Shown here piece after piece: positions 1 to 11,342 of a stretch of 64,000 nt of DNA. The position numbers were made by a program, and so were the translations under genes. This stretch comes from a virus. The stretch's first letter is position 1. Every line of letters starts with the position of its first letter. The stretch is taken from IMG/VR virus record IMGVR_UViG_3300010339_000002, positions 5,329 to 69,328 of that record. One strand, given 5' to 3'. Under the pieces are notes generated by a model. That model saw only the letters and a list, made by a program, of their open reading frames with translations. It did not search any database and was not told where the DNA came from.

Positions 1-220
1 GCACATCCGCTATTTCCTCCGGCGCGTTCGCTTGGTTGCGGGTGGATTCCTTCATGATCGGCACCCTGACCGTGGCGTAGATGGTCTCGGTATTGACCCC
101 GGCAGCAAGCGCCAGTTCGACCGCCTCTTCGAGCACTGCCGTGGCACGTCCTTGCTGCCCCATGAACCGGGGGAAGGTCACCTTGCACCACTCGTGGACG
201 GATTTTTGCGTCTCAGACAT
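1..220 (-). CDS. MazG-like nucleotide pyrophosphohydrolase (partial, runs off window start)
   Basis: ATG at 220; translated by hand MSETQKSVHEW...VLEEAVELALAAG...PEEIADV; EExxE and ExxD motifs typical of MazG. Confidence 0.6.
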   Translation of the reverse strand, partial: MSETQKSVHEWCKVTFPRFMGQQGRATAVLEEAVELALAAGVNTETIYATVRVPIMKESTRNQANAPEEIADV

Positions 221-434
221 CAGTTCCCTCTACGAAGCCTTCGGCCCAGATTTGGATCACCTTTATCAGTTCCTCGTTTGCATGGTTAGCGAAGATGTTC
301 ACGGTGATGCCTTCCGTGCTATGGCATGTGCCGCCCTCAATGACATGCACGCCGAACTTCTTCTTGATCGCCTTGGCGAGCCTTTTGACATGCTTCTCGG
401 GAACCGAGATCACGTATTGGTCGTAGAAATTCAT
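213..434 (-). CDS. hypothetical protein, paralog of 431-646
   Basis: ORF in overlapping minus-strand chain; shares LAKAxxxxFG and (W/Y)AxGF motifs with neighbour. Confidence 0.7.
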   Translation of the reverse strand: MNFYDQYVISVPEKHVKRLAKAIKKKFGVHVIEGGTCHSTEGITVNIFANHANEELIKVIQIWAEGFVEGTDV

Positions 435-646
435 CCGTTGGCTCCTTTGAGGAACCCATCGGCGTAGGCTTTCACAGTGGGAAGTAAGTAAGGAGCAACA
501 TCTCCAAAAATCTTCACACTCGTGCCCTCCGAGGTGATGAGCGTGCCGCTTGCGGTGACCTTGATGCCGAACGCTTCCCTAAGCGCCTTGGCCAGCTTCA
601 TGGCGACTGTCCCGCTCGGAGCTATGGCTATCAGTTCGTCGTACAT
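431..646 (-). CDS. hypothetical protein, paralog of 213-434
   Basis: ATG at 646 overlaps upstream stop; ATGA overlap with next gene. Confidence 0.7.
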   Translation of the reverse strand: MYDELIAIAPSGTVAMKLAKALREAFGIKVTASGTLITSEGTSVKIFGDVAPYLLPTVKAYADGFLKGANG

Positions 647-1678
647 TAACGACTCCTTTGTACTACAAGTCTGCTTTTCAGGACGTTCTTCTTCATCCAC
701 TCAGGCATACCGATACCCATGTCCAATGCTTTAGGAAAAAATTTCGGGTAGAACTTGGCTCCGTATCCATCCGGATCGCCGTTCAGCGGCCAATGCCAAT
801 CCTCACCCACCACATCCACCACCAAGGCGTCAATGAACAGATCACGGTCGAAGGTGTCAAAAATGCCCTCGTTTACGTCTCGCTTGAGGATCGGGTGAGT
901 TGCTGCATACTTCTCGATCTGCTCATCTGTGGGTGCGATGAAAAACCACTTCATACACTCGGAACGAATGGCGTCATACTTATTTTTTGACTTTTTTGGT
1001 TTGATTTTCTTCAAGGAACGGCTCACATTCTTTGTTAAAGCGTTCTTGGGCGAGGCGGATTTTGCGGTTCCTTGGGCTCTCATAACCTTCTCTCTTGCAA
1101 GTATAGCACCTTCGCTGGGATGCGCAACAGAAACCGTTGGAGTCCGCCCTGCACAGCATTGTATGTCCGCACGATAGGATTTCGATGGAGGTCCAGAGGT
1201 CTTTCTGTGTGTGCTTCACGATCTTGCGAAATGGCACGCCGCAGATCGCCGCTATTGATCTTGGCATTATTCCTCCAGCGTGCGAATCGGCCCGAGCGGC
1301 GGCTTGGGTTTCGGCTCCCAATTGTCGTACTTGCCCTCGGCGACATCCGCTTCGCAATTGGCAACAATGCCAGCGATGACAATCTCTTCGAAAGCTCTTT
1401 TGGCGTCGATCCGTTTGAGGGCGGCGTCGTTCGCTGCGCCTTGGTCCTTGCGGCGGCTCTTGCAGCGGCGCTTCGCCTTCGTGACCTTGTGTGCGTGTGC
1501 CATATTTTATTCCTCTTCTTCCTCGGTTCCTATTGAATAGATGAACCCGTGCGCCCGCAACCCGGATGTCTTGAACGCACGACCGCAACTCTGGCACCGG
1601 GTCTGCGGCGACTCCAGAGCGTGGGGGTCAAGACGAACCTTCGCATCGCAATCCGGGCATTCGAATATCCACGTCATG

Positions 1679-2080
1679 TCACGCCCCCTTCTTCCGGATC
1701 GCCTCCGTGAGGGTCCGATCCACGGTCTGAACAAGCTCGTTGCGGATGGCCCAAAGCTGGTCGGAGTTGAACTTCACGATGTCCTTGAGCCGGGCGTTTT
1801 CCTTTTCCATCTCCTCGGATTTCCACTTGCCTTGCAGCGCCTCGGTGACCGCGTCAGTGTTCGTGCGGACCAGCAGGTTCATTTTCCCGCAGTCTCCGCA
1901 CTTTAGCACCCGCCCCGAGAATTTGATCCAGCGGTCGGAATGCTCTGCTCCGCACGCCCCGCAGGTCCAGTTGTAGAACCCGTCGCAGATGAGCACGTAG
2001 GAGCCGAGGGTGTCCACCTTGGCGGCCTCGATGGGCTGCCCGTTGTCGTCTTCGTAGATTTCCTGCTGTAGGTTCTTCAT
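1679..2080 (-). CDS. zinc-ribbon hypothetical protein
   Basis: CGAC...CGDC pairs and C-terminal coiled coil. Confidence 0.6.
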   Translation of the reverse strand: MKNLQQEIYEDDNGQPIEAAKVDTLGSYVLICDGFYNWTCGACGAEHSDRWIKFSGRVLKCGDCGKMNLLVRTNTDAVTEALQGKWKSEEMEKENARLKDIVKFNSDQLWAIRNELVQTVDRTLTEAIRKKGA

Positions 2081-2439
2081 TTAGCTCCCCACCCGGTGCG
2101 ACCGCCCCCGAAGGCTGACCGGAATGTAGCTCGGCAAATCTTCCTCGATAGCAGCGACGATCGCGTTGATCTCCTTGCTGCCAAGGCGCTGGGAGCCGAA
2201 CGGCCCCCAATCGAAGTACAGGTCATAGGTGTGGGAGAGGGAGCCGTCCTTGTGCTTGTAGGAATGGTTGAACACGACACGGAGGCACAGGAACCCGGCA
2301 TGCTTCCAGATCACGTCAAGAAGCTGGTTCGAGCTATACGTCGCCTTGTCCAGCAACGTGACGCTGATGGACTTCATCAGCGGATGCTGGTGGTGTTTGT
2401 ATTCGATCTCGTGGCCTTCCTTCGTGATGTAAACCATGT

Positions 2440-3180
2440 CTACGGCTTTCCGATGTCGCGGTCGTCATTTTCAACAAGAATGACTTCGGCGTCGATGACT
2501 TCCGGCAGTTGCTCCTGCGGCTTGGACATGGTGAGGGCTCTGTCATAGTTCGGCATGCTTTGCCGCAGACGCTCCAGCCCCAGTTCACGAAGCTCATGGG
2601 AAACGACGCCCTCGATCTCAACCAGCGCCGCGCCGACCTTCTTCTCCATGTGCTCATCAAATTGTTCTTCGAGGAACGGAATGTTTCTCTTGATTTGCAT
2701 GAGTGCCATCTCGATGTCGTGGAGCACGGCTTTCTGCTCCGTCTTGCCAAGAGGCTTATTGCCCGGCAGATTGGACTCATTCAGTTTTTTGACGAGTCCG
2801 TCCAGCATGCTCGTAGCCTCCGCCATGGTGCGCTTGAGATCGTCTTGGAACTTGCTGGCGAAGTGCTCGGGCTCGGGGCATTCCTCATACTGCTTGGTCA
2901 GGATTTGTCTCAGCGTGCAGGGCGTGCCCATGCCGATGCCGAAGCTGCTCACGAAGCGAGCCCATTGCTCGTAGCTCATGTCGATGGTGACCAGCCTGCG
3001 GTCTGCATAGTGGTGGTCCTCATTGAGGCTCCGCCGCAGATCGGCGGTGCTGATCTCGACGCGGATGAACCCGTAGTGCTGCGCCTCGGAGCCGAACAAA
3101 TAAGTCTGTCCGCTCACACGGTTGGCGGTGATCGCGCCGAAGCTCTCGTGCTTTGTGATCTTATCGTCAAAGTGTGACAT
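2440..3180 (-). CDS. hypothetical phage protein
   Basis: long ORF; purine-rich SD before ATG 3180 (MSHFDD). Confidence 0.7.
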   Translation of the reverse strand: MSHFDDKITKHESFGAITANRVSGQTYLFGSEAQHYGFIRVEISTADLRRSLNEDHHYADRRLVTIDMSYEQWARFVSSFGIGMGTPCTLRQILTKQYEECPEPEHFASKFQDDLKRTMAEATSMLDGLVKKLNESNLPGNKPLGKTEQKAVLHDIEMALMQIKRNIPFLEEQFDEHMEKKVGAALVEIEGVVSHELRELGLERLRQSMPNYDRALTMSKPQEQLPEVIDAEVILVENDDRDIGKP

Positions 3181-3333
3181 CTGGTTTTCTTCCTTTCCTA
3201 TCCCACTCTTTACAGTATGGGCACCACTCACCCTTTTTGTGAACATTGTTCATGCACCTTGCGGGTGCGAATCTTAGGCTGGCACATCGTTGCCGCCTCG
3301 GTGTTCGGCGACCGTGATTCAGTCGCAGTTTGC

Positions 3334-3567
3334 TCATTTTCCTAGTTCCGTCCGAGCATGCCCGATGTCATGGAAACCAAGTGCCTGAATCTCCTGATTG
3401 TAGCGATCCTGCTCACGTTGGGCTTCCCGCAGAAAATTCTCATTCCAGTCAAGACTGGCGCAGAGCTTTCTCAATTCATCCTCCATGATCTCAATGAGGC
3501 GGCGGTTTGTCATCGCTTGAGTCACGATGGTTTGAACCTGCGCTTTGTTTTGGTCGTTTAGAACCAT
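3334..3567 (-). CDS. hypothetical protein (leaderless)
   Basis: ATG exactly 6 nt after TATACT of repeated promoter. Confidence 0.7.
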   Translation of the reverse strand: MVLNDQNKAQVQTIVTQAMTNRRLIEIMEDELRKLCASLDWNENFLREAQREQDRYNQEIQALGFHDIGHARTELGK

Positions 3568-3573
3568 GCCCTT

Positions 3574-3603
3574 AGTATACAGGGGGTGGGGGGATTTTAG
3601 CTA
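3574..3603 (-). promoter_or_regulatory. repeated phage promoter TAGCNAAAA...TGTATACT
   Basis: TAGCTAAAATCCCCCCACCCCCTGTATACT-N6-ATG; motif recurs 10 times in window. Confidence 0.85.
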
Positions 3604-4333
3604 CCACCACGACATCGGATGGAATTTCAGGGCAAAGCGGCATCGGGCGCACACAACTTCTTGGATGGTGAGACCAACACCGTAATCGTCACCGGGTTCG
3701 GGGAACCAATACTTTTCGGCTTTGACTTGGCAGGTCGGACACATGAACCACAAGGGGTTAACGAACTGTAGATTGTGGTAGCGCCAACAGGTTGAGCAGG
3801 TCAGCGCATGGTACAGGCGCTTGAGGCGGGCGTAGAGCCGAACATTGCAAGCATCGCATTCAAGTTTGGGAGCGGGTTTGTTTTCGCTCTGACTCTTAGC
3901 ATAAATTATCTTGGCTAGTTCGTCTGTAAGAATCCCATTGCAATGAGAGCAATTCATCAGCGTCCCCACTCCGGGTGATCGTCCAACGCACCGGCTGCAA
4001 TTTCGTCAATTTCCCATGATGCCAGCTTGCGCCCCCGCCTATAGATTTCCTTCGAGGACAAGGATGTTGTCGGCAGGTTGCCGTGCCCCGTCAATGCCCA
4101 CCCCTTCAATCCGGCTCCGTACTCGGAAAGCGGCACCCACCAATCTTCACCTGTGCCTACGCGGGGGCGTTTTTCTTGTCCCCACTTAATCACAGCATCC
4201 AAAAATCCGGTCGGCGGGGGCTGCTCGTGGGGCTTGTCTAGTTTCATGATGTGCTTATACGTCTGCGGCGGCCACAGTTTGGGGTCTGTGTCGATACGAA
4301 CTCTTTCACCGATGGATAAGTCGAGGGGCATTC

Positions 4334-4600
4334 TTATTTTGACTTCTCAATAGCTGCAAGCTTGCGACTGGCGACGGGAGACAATTCGTAAACACCGTGA
4401 TACAGTTTACCACGGATGATGGCGTCGGGAGTCTTGACGTAACCGATTTTGGTCATGAACTCGTCGGAGACGTTGATCGAGTTTGCATTTGCAGCGTAGG
4501 GAAGCAGGGTTTTTTCGAGTTTGGCGGCACGCTTCTTGTTCTTCGTGCTGACGAATTCGGCTGCAAGCTTCTTGAACTGGCTGGCGGTGATGGTTTTCAT
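4334..4600 (-). CDS. hypothetical protein (leaderless)
   Basis: ATG 6 nt after TATACT. Confidence 0.7.
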   Translation of the reverse strand: MKTITASQFKKLAAEFVSTKNKKRAAKLEKTLLPYAANANSINVSDEFMTKIGYVKTPDAIIRGKLYHGVYELSPVASRKLAAIEKSK

Positions 4601-4606
4601 ATCTAT

Positions 4607-4636
4607 AGTATACAGCGGTAAGGGGGATTTTGGCTA
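4607..4636 (-). promoter_or_regulatory. repeated phage promoter
   Basis: TAGCCAAAATCCCCCTTACCGCTGTATACT-N6-ATG. Confidence 0.85.
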
Positions 4637-4698
4637 GTTATCTTACCCCGGTAACTCACTCATTTTTAACGACTTAAAAAATAGTTTGTAGTCGTAAG

Positions 4699-5208
4699 TC
4701 AACAATTTGGAGCCGTTTCCTGCGTTGATATGAATTCCGGGGTGTACGAGTAGTCCCTGCCGTCGAAAGTGCCCCAGAACCGCTTAGAATCGCCTAGAAG
4801 GGGCTTCCAGCACGTGTCGAACCAACAGTTCTCCGGAGCCTCGGCGAACAACGGTGCCATCTGCTTGTGGGTGAAGCCAGCGAGGCCGCAGCCCACGGCT
4901 GAAATTTGAAAATTTTCCTCCGGGTGTTGCACTGCATACGTGATGAAGCCCGTCACATATCCGGCAACCTTTTCCAAGGGTAGAGTCTTGATGTTACGAT
5001 CCTTAGTCGGGATCGCATAGGAGTTGCCTTGTCGCCCGACTCCCCGACCATAAACGGCACCACGATATTTTTGGGCGTACAAGGCGGCTCCAGCACCATG
5101 ACGACCCGCGGTGTTGCTACCGAAAACCATCACAAATTTTACTTCTTCCCGTATAGATACCCCGTCCTTTGAGGGCCGCTCGATCCCAGACTTCGATTCT
5201 GATGTCAT
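4699..5208 (-). CDS. macro-domain-like phage protein (true start probably near 5133)
   Basis: VFGSNxAGRHGAGAA, G.QG.SYAIPT and VGCGLAG motifs. Confidence 0.7.
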   Translation of the reverse strand: MTSESKSGIERPSKDGVSIREEVKFVMVFGSNTAGRHGAGAALYAQKYRGAVYGRGVGRQGNSYAIPTKDRNIKTLPLEKVAGYVTGFITYAVQHPEENFQISAVGCGLAGFTHKQMAPLFAEAPENCWFDTCWKPLLGDSKRFWGTFDGRDYSYTPEFISTQETAPNC

Positions 5209-5962
5209 GCTGTCTCCTAAACGCTTCGTATTTTGCTAGGTACTCAGGTCGCCATAATCCCTTGACTTCTATGAATTCATTTGATGCTGGAAGCCAGAAA
5301 TCCGTTCGATATGTAGACTGCTTGCTTTTCCCCAGCCACTCATACTGCACAGGAAACGTATGGGATTCATATTGCCAATCAATTCCTCGTTGATCAAAAT
5401 ACTTCGCAACTCGGGCTTCCCATGTACTACGAAAACAAATCCGTGATCCGTCTTTCCGTGTATACCAAACCTTGAAAGCATGTCCCGGAGATTTTCCGTA
5501 GGCTGGGCTGTCTTTTCCTCGCCGTAGGGATTCTGGTTTGTGCTTCTTCCCGTAAAACGGGTTTCCCCGCCCGCTGAACCTGCGGCTAAAATCGAGTCGT
5601 AATTTTTCCGAGAAAACAGCGGGTTTACGATTCCGTCTGATTTTTGCTCGTGTAGCTGCTGTGTGTTTCTTGCCGAGTCGAGGATGCCCGTACTCAGCCC
5701 AATTTTGTTTGATCTTTTGCATCCTAATGCCGATGTTAACCTTTGCATTTTTGCGATTGGAACACAGCAAACAGAGAGTGTTAAGCTCAGCCAATTGAAG
5801 CTTCTTGTCCCTAACCAATCCGCATTCTGTGCATCTGCACACAACAATTCGCCAACTGTTGGGCTTAAACCAGCGTGGATCATATCCGAATTTTGCGACA
5901 GTTGCATCAATATCCACCCAAGGCTTAAGTTCTCGCGGCTCTTTCAGCAATTGCAGTTTCAT
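5117..5962 (-). CDS. homing-type endonuclease with NUMOD3-like repeats and C-terminal PD-(D/E)xK domain
   Basis: GKKHT and NPFYGKKH repeats; FRSTWEAR...YRTDF...FIEVKG; lower GC than flanks. Confidence 0.75.
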   Translation of the reverse strand: MKLQLLKEPRELKPWVDIDATVAKFGYDPRWFKPNSWRIVVCRCTECGLVRDKKLQLAELNTLCLLCSNRKNAKVNIGIRMQKIKQNWAEYGHPRLGKKHTAATRAKIRRNRKPAVFSEKLRLDFSRRFSGRGNPFYGKKHKPESLRRGKDSPAYGKSPGHAFKVWYTRKDGSRICFRSTWEARVAKYFDQRGIDWQYESHTFPVQYEWLGKSKQSTYRTDFWLPASNEFIEVKGLWRPEYLAKYEAFRRQHDIRIEVWDRAALKGRGIYTGRSKICDGFR

Positions 5963-7141
5963 CGGCAGTGCTCCTGCTGATGAAACCGGAAGTCGGTTTA
6001 GAGCCAAACATAAAGATCATCGTTTGCTCAATTCCCGGCTTCTGCGACGTTGTTCCGCACCGCGAGCCGATATATCCACATCAAAGGCAATCCCCAGTTG
6101 CAATTGATTCGCGTGGAAATAATCGCCAATAGCTTCTTTTATCGTTCTCCCGCGACCTACCGCTGGTGAACCAGAACGCGAAGTATTGTCCACCACGAAA
6201 TGACTGCCTGCCTTGCTTATCGTCAGCGTCATTTCCACTCCCTGACAGCATTTGCTATGTCGCTCGGATAAACCATGTGCGAGTACCGAAGGTGGTGCAT
6301 GTCGCAATCGCATCTCCAGCACTGGCAGCCGTCTTCCCGCTGGAATTCATCCGTGCCCTGAGTCCACCGGGTCGCCAGCCAAGCTTTTTTGTCCATGCCC
6401 TTGAGCGTCCAATTGCCGAAGACTTTCCTCTTGCCGCTCAGCGTGCGAACGACCGTGTTTTGGTCGCCGACCCGGAAGAAGTAAATCTTCTCGTCCACGA
6501 CAAGCCTGCGGAACCCCGAAGGAAATCCCCGTCTTTTACCCCCCATTTTGCTTTCTTTCCTCCAGCCCGCTGATCACGGTCGTGAGTATTTCCGTCGCTG
6601 AAGTGTAATCCAAGTTCGGCCCCACATGCTCCCGCAGATGCTTGAGGCAGGCAACCGCCGCATTGTCAACGACGGAATCCAGCTTTGCCCTTATCGTAAG
6701 CTTCGCAAGGGCGTTCTGGGCCAGCCACAACTTATAGCCCTCTTCGCTCTCGTCGTCCCCGCCCGAATAGGGAAACTTCTTCAGGTCTTCGTCCATCTGA
6801 TCGACAAGCTGCTGCATGCATTCGTGTAGCTCGCTCATTCTCCCTCCGGCAGGTTTATGAGTGCGTTCTCCCAGATCGATGTGTTTAATTTCAAAAGAGT
6901 CGTCAAGAAGAGCGCATCCAGTTCCTTCTTGGTGACCGAGGATAGGTTGAACGGAACGCATGTGACGGTGAAGCGGACTCCTTCGCCCATGGACAGGTCG
7001 AACTTCCAGTGGTTCTCGGTCTGTACGAATCGGCCGTCCCGTTCCTCATGATGACGCCACAGGATGGAGTCGTTCTTCTCCCCGTGCCGATCCCCGGCTT
7101 GAATGCTGGGAAAAAACTTGGATAATGCGCGAATCCTGTAC

Positions 7142-7966
7142 TCAGCGTACAGTTTTGTCATTGACATCGGCAGGATTTCCTCCGTCGTTAGCCCATCTGT
7201 CGGCGTCGTCCACTGGTTCTGGTTCGACTTCAGGAATGATAATCGGGCCGCGGTCGGAGGCCCATTCCTGCAATTCCTCCAGCGTGTAGAATCCCCACTT
7301 GTTTCTGTTTTGGTCATACGGATTCAGCGAGTATAGGACACTGCCGTCTTCCTGACGCCGGGGAGACAGGCCGAAATAGCGTTTGCCCTTTTCTTTCAAG
7401 AGCGCCTCGATCCCCGACTTTTCCATCTCCTCAAGCAAATCGTGCCGATCCTTGTCGGCATCATACCATCCGTCCCGGATGGATTGGGGAATCCGGTCAG
7501 CGATAAGGAGACACAAGCCGGGATTCTCAATGCCCATACCCTTAACGAAGGTGATGACTCCGTTCTTTTTCTGGAATTCGCCGTAGAGTTCCCAGATGAA
7601 TTTCTTTTCCGCGGGGTCGTCCGATACAACGCCAAAGCTGGCTTCGTCCCATGCTGCCCGCAGGCTTGTTCGGTCTATTTTCCTTTTTCTGAGTTCATCG
7701 GCATACTCCAGCATCAAATCGCCGTAACACAAGTAATAGAGTCCGTATGTTTGGTCAGGAGTGAAGTCGAATTCTTTAAGCCCCGGCGGCACCCGGCGAA
7801 TGATGCGGCGGTCGATGCCGAATACCGTGGGTTCGCGGTTCAGGTCAAAGGCATTCGCAAGGCCAGCGATGCCCCATTCGTGCTCCGAACAGAAGTCGGA
7901 ACCCAAACCGACGCCGAAGGTCGCTGAATCCAGCACCACTAGTTTTGGGCTTTGTCCCCGGATCAT
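7142..7966 (-). CDS. hypothetical phage protein
   Basis: 274-aa ORF in coupled chain. Confidence 0.7.
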   Translation of the reverse strand: MIRGQSPKLVVLDSATFGVGLGSDFCSEHEWGIAGLANAFDLNREPTVFGIDRRIIRRVPPGLKEFDFTPDQTYGLYYLCYGDLMLEYADELRKRKIDRTSLRAAWDEASFGVVSDDPAEKKFIWELYGEFQKKNGVITFVKGMGIENPGLCLLIADRIPQSIRDGWYDADKDRHDLLEEMEKSGIEALLKEKGKRYFGLSPRRQEDGSVLYSLNPYDQNRNKWGFYTLEELQEWASDRGPIIIPEVEPEPVDDADRWANDGGNPADVNDKTVR

Positions 7967-9407
7967 TGGACCTTTCCTTCCCTGCTTTCCATCAGCATCA
8001 CGATGTCCACGATGAGCGCCGTGCGTTCAACAGGGAATCCGAGGCGCTTTTGCAGCTTCTCCAAATCCCTCTTGTCCAGACCGAAGTCGCTGAGGCGGCT
8101 CTCGTCGGTCACCAGCAGGGGCTTGATCCTCGTCGCCTTCTCAAACTGTTCAAGGAAACGGTCCAGCACCATCTGGCGGGCGTCCAGTTGTTGCGTCGGT
8201 GCCATCTCTATCCGGAGTTTCTTCTCGGTCATGATTCGTACCACACGGGAAGGCCCCGGTCCTTTAAGATACTGTTGATGATAACCCGGTAGCTGTTGTT
8301 GATAAGCTGCGTGCCAAGAATCGCCTGCAAATGCTCGGTGTCACAGTCTATAAGGCGCTTCCACCTGAGCGGGTGCTCGGGGCACGTACCGTTGCAATGT
8401 TCGGTTCCGCCCTTGCCATAAGTTCCCCACATGGCAGCCTGTTTAGCGGTTTCAAGGCCGGTAATGCCAACAACGAATTGAGTTTCCTCGCCGTACCGTC
8501 TAACGGATGTGTCAATGAAATTCATTATGCGCTTTTCCAAGGACGGAGCTTGTTGCCCTTCCGCCTCTTCCGGAGCACCCAAAACCAAAAGATACGCAGA
8601 AACTTCGCGAATGTCAAGCTATGGGTATTTCCCACATGCCAACCACGACAGTACCAGCACTGGTAGGCGTCCATGTCCCGCCCCCACTTGATGGTTAGGT
8701 CGAGCGCCGCCCGTGCGGCGGACTGTTGGCTCCGGTAGTCGATCTTCGGCTTCCGCACGCCGTCCCGCTCGTAGACGCACGAGTTGTCGCGGCCGCACAG
8801 ACCGCTGACAATGGTGTGCAGCCAACGCTGGGGTAATGACTTGGACGTGACTATGATTCGCTTGATCACGGTCTCACCGCCGTGTGCAGCAGGTGGCGGC
8901 ACCACAAGATAAAGCCAACCGCCGAGAGGACGAAGACAACCGCCCCGGCTGCGATGACTTTCATCTCACTGCCTTGGAAGCTTTTCATACTGCCTTTAGC
9001 TGTAGCGTAGCTTGCCTATCAGCTTCAATCCGCCCCAAACCAGCAGGAGGAATACCACGATCAGAACCGGGAGGGCGGGTGCCCAAAAGACGAACCATGC
9101 GAACTTGACGCAGGTCCAAGCGAACGCAACGGAACAAATGAGAAGCCAAAGTATTTCCAGAACAATTTTCACGAGCCCCTCCGGTCGCCGATGCGACGGT
9201 CCTTACGCTTGCTGGAGTTGATGTCATGCCGGATAACCGAAACGGTCCGCGCCATCTGCATGCTTACCGCCTGCACCACGGCTGCGGTGTAGCGGTTCCT
9301 GTTCTTCCTCACGTCCGCCTCGATGTTCGAGAGCGTGACGATGTGGTCTGTTTTGCGCCGGGAAAACGGAAACTTCTTGGCTTCCTCGGGGTCATTCCCC
9401 AAATAGA

Positions 9408-9446
9408 TCATTTGCTTTTCCTAAGGATGGCTGTTGGTTTAACCAT
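9408..9446 (-). CDS. 12-aa leaderless micro-ORF (MVKPTAILRKSK) coupled to 9169-9411
   Basis: ATG 6 nt after TATACT; its TGA overlaps next ATG (ATGA). Confidence 0.5.
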   Translation of the reverse strand: MVKPTAILRKSK

Positions 9447-9452
9447 ACCCCT

Positions 9453-9482
9453 AGTATACAGCAATAAGGGAGATTTTAGCTA
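9453..9482 (-). promoter_or_regulatory. repeated phage promoter
   Basis: TAGCTAAAATCTCCCTTATTGCTGTATACT-N6-ATG. Confidence 0.85.
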
Positions 9483-9533
9483 CCCCAAGGGCTTGATTCC
9501 GGGCGATTTCCATGCTATTAGTTTCCATTAGGG

Positions 9534-9851
9534 GTGTTTCCCATGGTCAAATACAAGATCACCGTCTCGAAAGACCTCGAAATGGTGACGGTCCACTACG
9601 ATCTCAAAGTTCCCGTAGGCGGCAACGAGCTTATCGCCGACTTCTCCGTCTTTGTGGACGGGAAAAACGTCATAGGGGAAAAAGCATCCGGCAACACCAA
9701 GTTCTTCGGGACGGCATTCGCCAAGCTGAAGGACGAGACCAAAGACTGCCCCGTGAATTTCTCCATCACGAGCAATACGGACTTCTCGGCGAGCGGCAGC
9801 GATACGCTTCGCGGCGGCCATCCGTTTGACGACGCTGGTTTCTCGAATTAA
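9534..9851 (+). CDS. hypothetical beta-rich protein (rare plus-strand gene)
   Basis: clean ORF with GC3-rich codons, divergent from promoter at 9453-9482. Confidence 0.6.
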   Translation: MFPMVKYKITVSKDLEMVTVHYDLKVPVGGNELIADFSVFVDGKNVIGEKASGNTKFFGTAFAKLKDETKDCPVNFSITSNTDFSASGSDTLRGGHPFDDAGFSN

Positions 9852-10381
9852 CGTTCCATTATCCGCATGTACCGCCATAAGTGGCTTACATCGCATTGTC
9901 CGATGCGAATCAGATTTTCCTTGATTTTATAGGCGTAGGAAACCCGAGCCACATCCCAATAAACGGGCCGGAAAGAATACGCCTCATGTCCGCTCTTTTT
10001 TATTATAATCTTGAGCCCGAGCGTACGAAGCTCCCCGAGAAACTCGCTGAACTCCTCTTGAGTCCTAAGCGTGCGGAGATTTTGCTGCATGAGTTCCGGC
10101 ATGTTCACTCTACTCATTTGCTGCCTTCTTCGCCGATCTGTGCATCTTCGTCTGCAACTCGATGAATTCCGCTATGTCCCGCAGGCAATCCTGCTCGTAA
10201 ACGGTCATGCTGAGCGGACGGAAGATGTACTTACGCCAGCGGCCGAACCACTCTACGTAGCCAAGGAGCAAACTCTCATCGGTGTTCACGACCTCCCACA
10301 CCTGCGTCTTGCCGGATTCGCTCATGCGCAGGAAACGGAAGACGATCCATTTTCCTTTCATTGTGTCTTTGTCTACGGAGG

Positions 10382-10831
10382 TCAACATACGGACTTTCCC
10401 TCTGGCGTCCAGAGCGGCAGGTAATCCACCACGCCTTCCGCACGTTCGGGATAAACAGGCACAGTCGCAATCGCCGTGCGGGGATGGCAGCCCATGCCGT
10501 CGTCATAGGTACCGTAAATCTCGTCGTTCTCGTCCTCGAAATCGCAGTGCTCGATCCTCGCCTTGGCGAGCAGGCGGTGGATGTGCTCCAGTTCGCGGCT
10601 GTCCCGGCAGGACTTGTAGATCGTGGTGATCTTCTCGTCCGCCAGCGCTTCTAGGCGCTTGAAGGTGCGGGGATGCCTCTTGCTGCGCATGTCTTCGATC
10701 AAGCGGTGCATCTTCATGCGGCTAAGGGCGTGGCCGCCCTGCGCCGCCATGCGGCCGGGAACTTGGCGCACCGCGCCCAACGGTGTGTCCACCGTCTCGG
10801 CGATCACCACGTAGATGCGTTTTTCTTTCAT
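10382..10831 (-). CDS. peptidyl-tRNA hydrolase 2-like protein
   Basis: IYVVI...GRMAAQGGHA...TAIA pattern of Pth2 family. Confidence 0.6.
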   Translation of the reverse strand: MKEKRIYVVIAETVDTPLGAVRQVPGRMAAQGGHALSRMKMHRLIEDMRSKRHPRTFKRLEALADEKITTIYKSCRDSRELEHIHRLLAKARIEHCDFEDENDEIYGTYDDGMGCHPRTAIATVPVYPERAEGVVDYLPLWTPEGKSVC

Positions 10832-11213
10832 TTCTTCTTTTCCTCGGGATACACGTTGACGAACAGGCAGGCGGGGTAATCCTTCGTGTGAACGTTGTCA
10901 AGGGCTGCGCCCTGTTTGCCGATCACAGCCACCGACATACCCGCTGTGAGGTCGTAGCGAATGGTGTTCCGCACGGCGGTGGAAAGCTCACTGATCAATT
11001 CCAGAAGCTCTTCCGGCGTGCCGCTCAGGTAGAAACTGTTGCCGTTGTGCTCAAGCTTCATTTGATCCTCGTCTTCCCATAGTACTGAATCTTTCCCTCC
11101 CGGCGTGCCTGCTCAATCTTCCTCGAAGCATAAATCGTGAGAGCGATGGCAAGCACCATGGCGGTCACGATGATTATATCATAAAACGTCACAAGCCTCT
11201 CCTCCCAATCAGG

Positions 11214-11342
11214 GGCGGAGCCGGAGTAAATTCGGCTAACCGGGCGGTCAGACCCTCCGGCTCCGCATGGTACAGGGTTTTGAATCCGATGAGTTCTGCC
11301 GCGTTTCCGCGGGTTGGAGGGAACGTCACCGAGTCCTGTACC
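11214..11342 (-). ncRNA. candidate structured RNA (two rod-like hairpins)
   Basis: GCGGAGCCGGAG/CTCCGGCTCCGC and GGTACAGG/CCTGTACC stems, GAAA-capped inner hairpin; intergenic. Confidence 0.4.
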
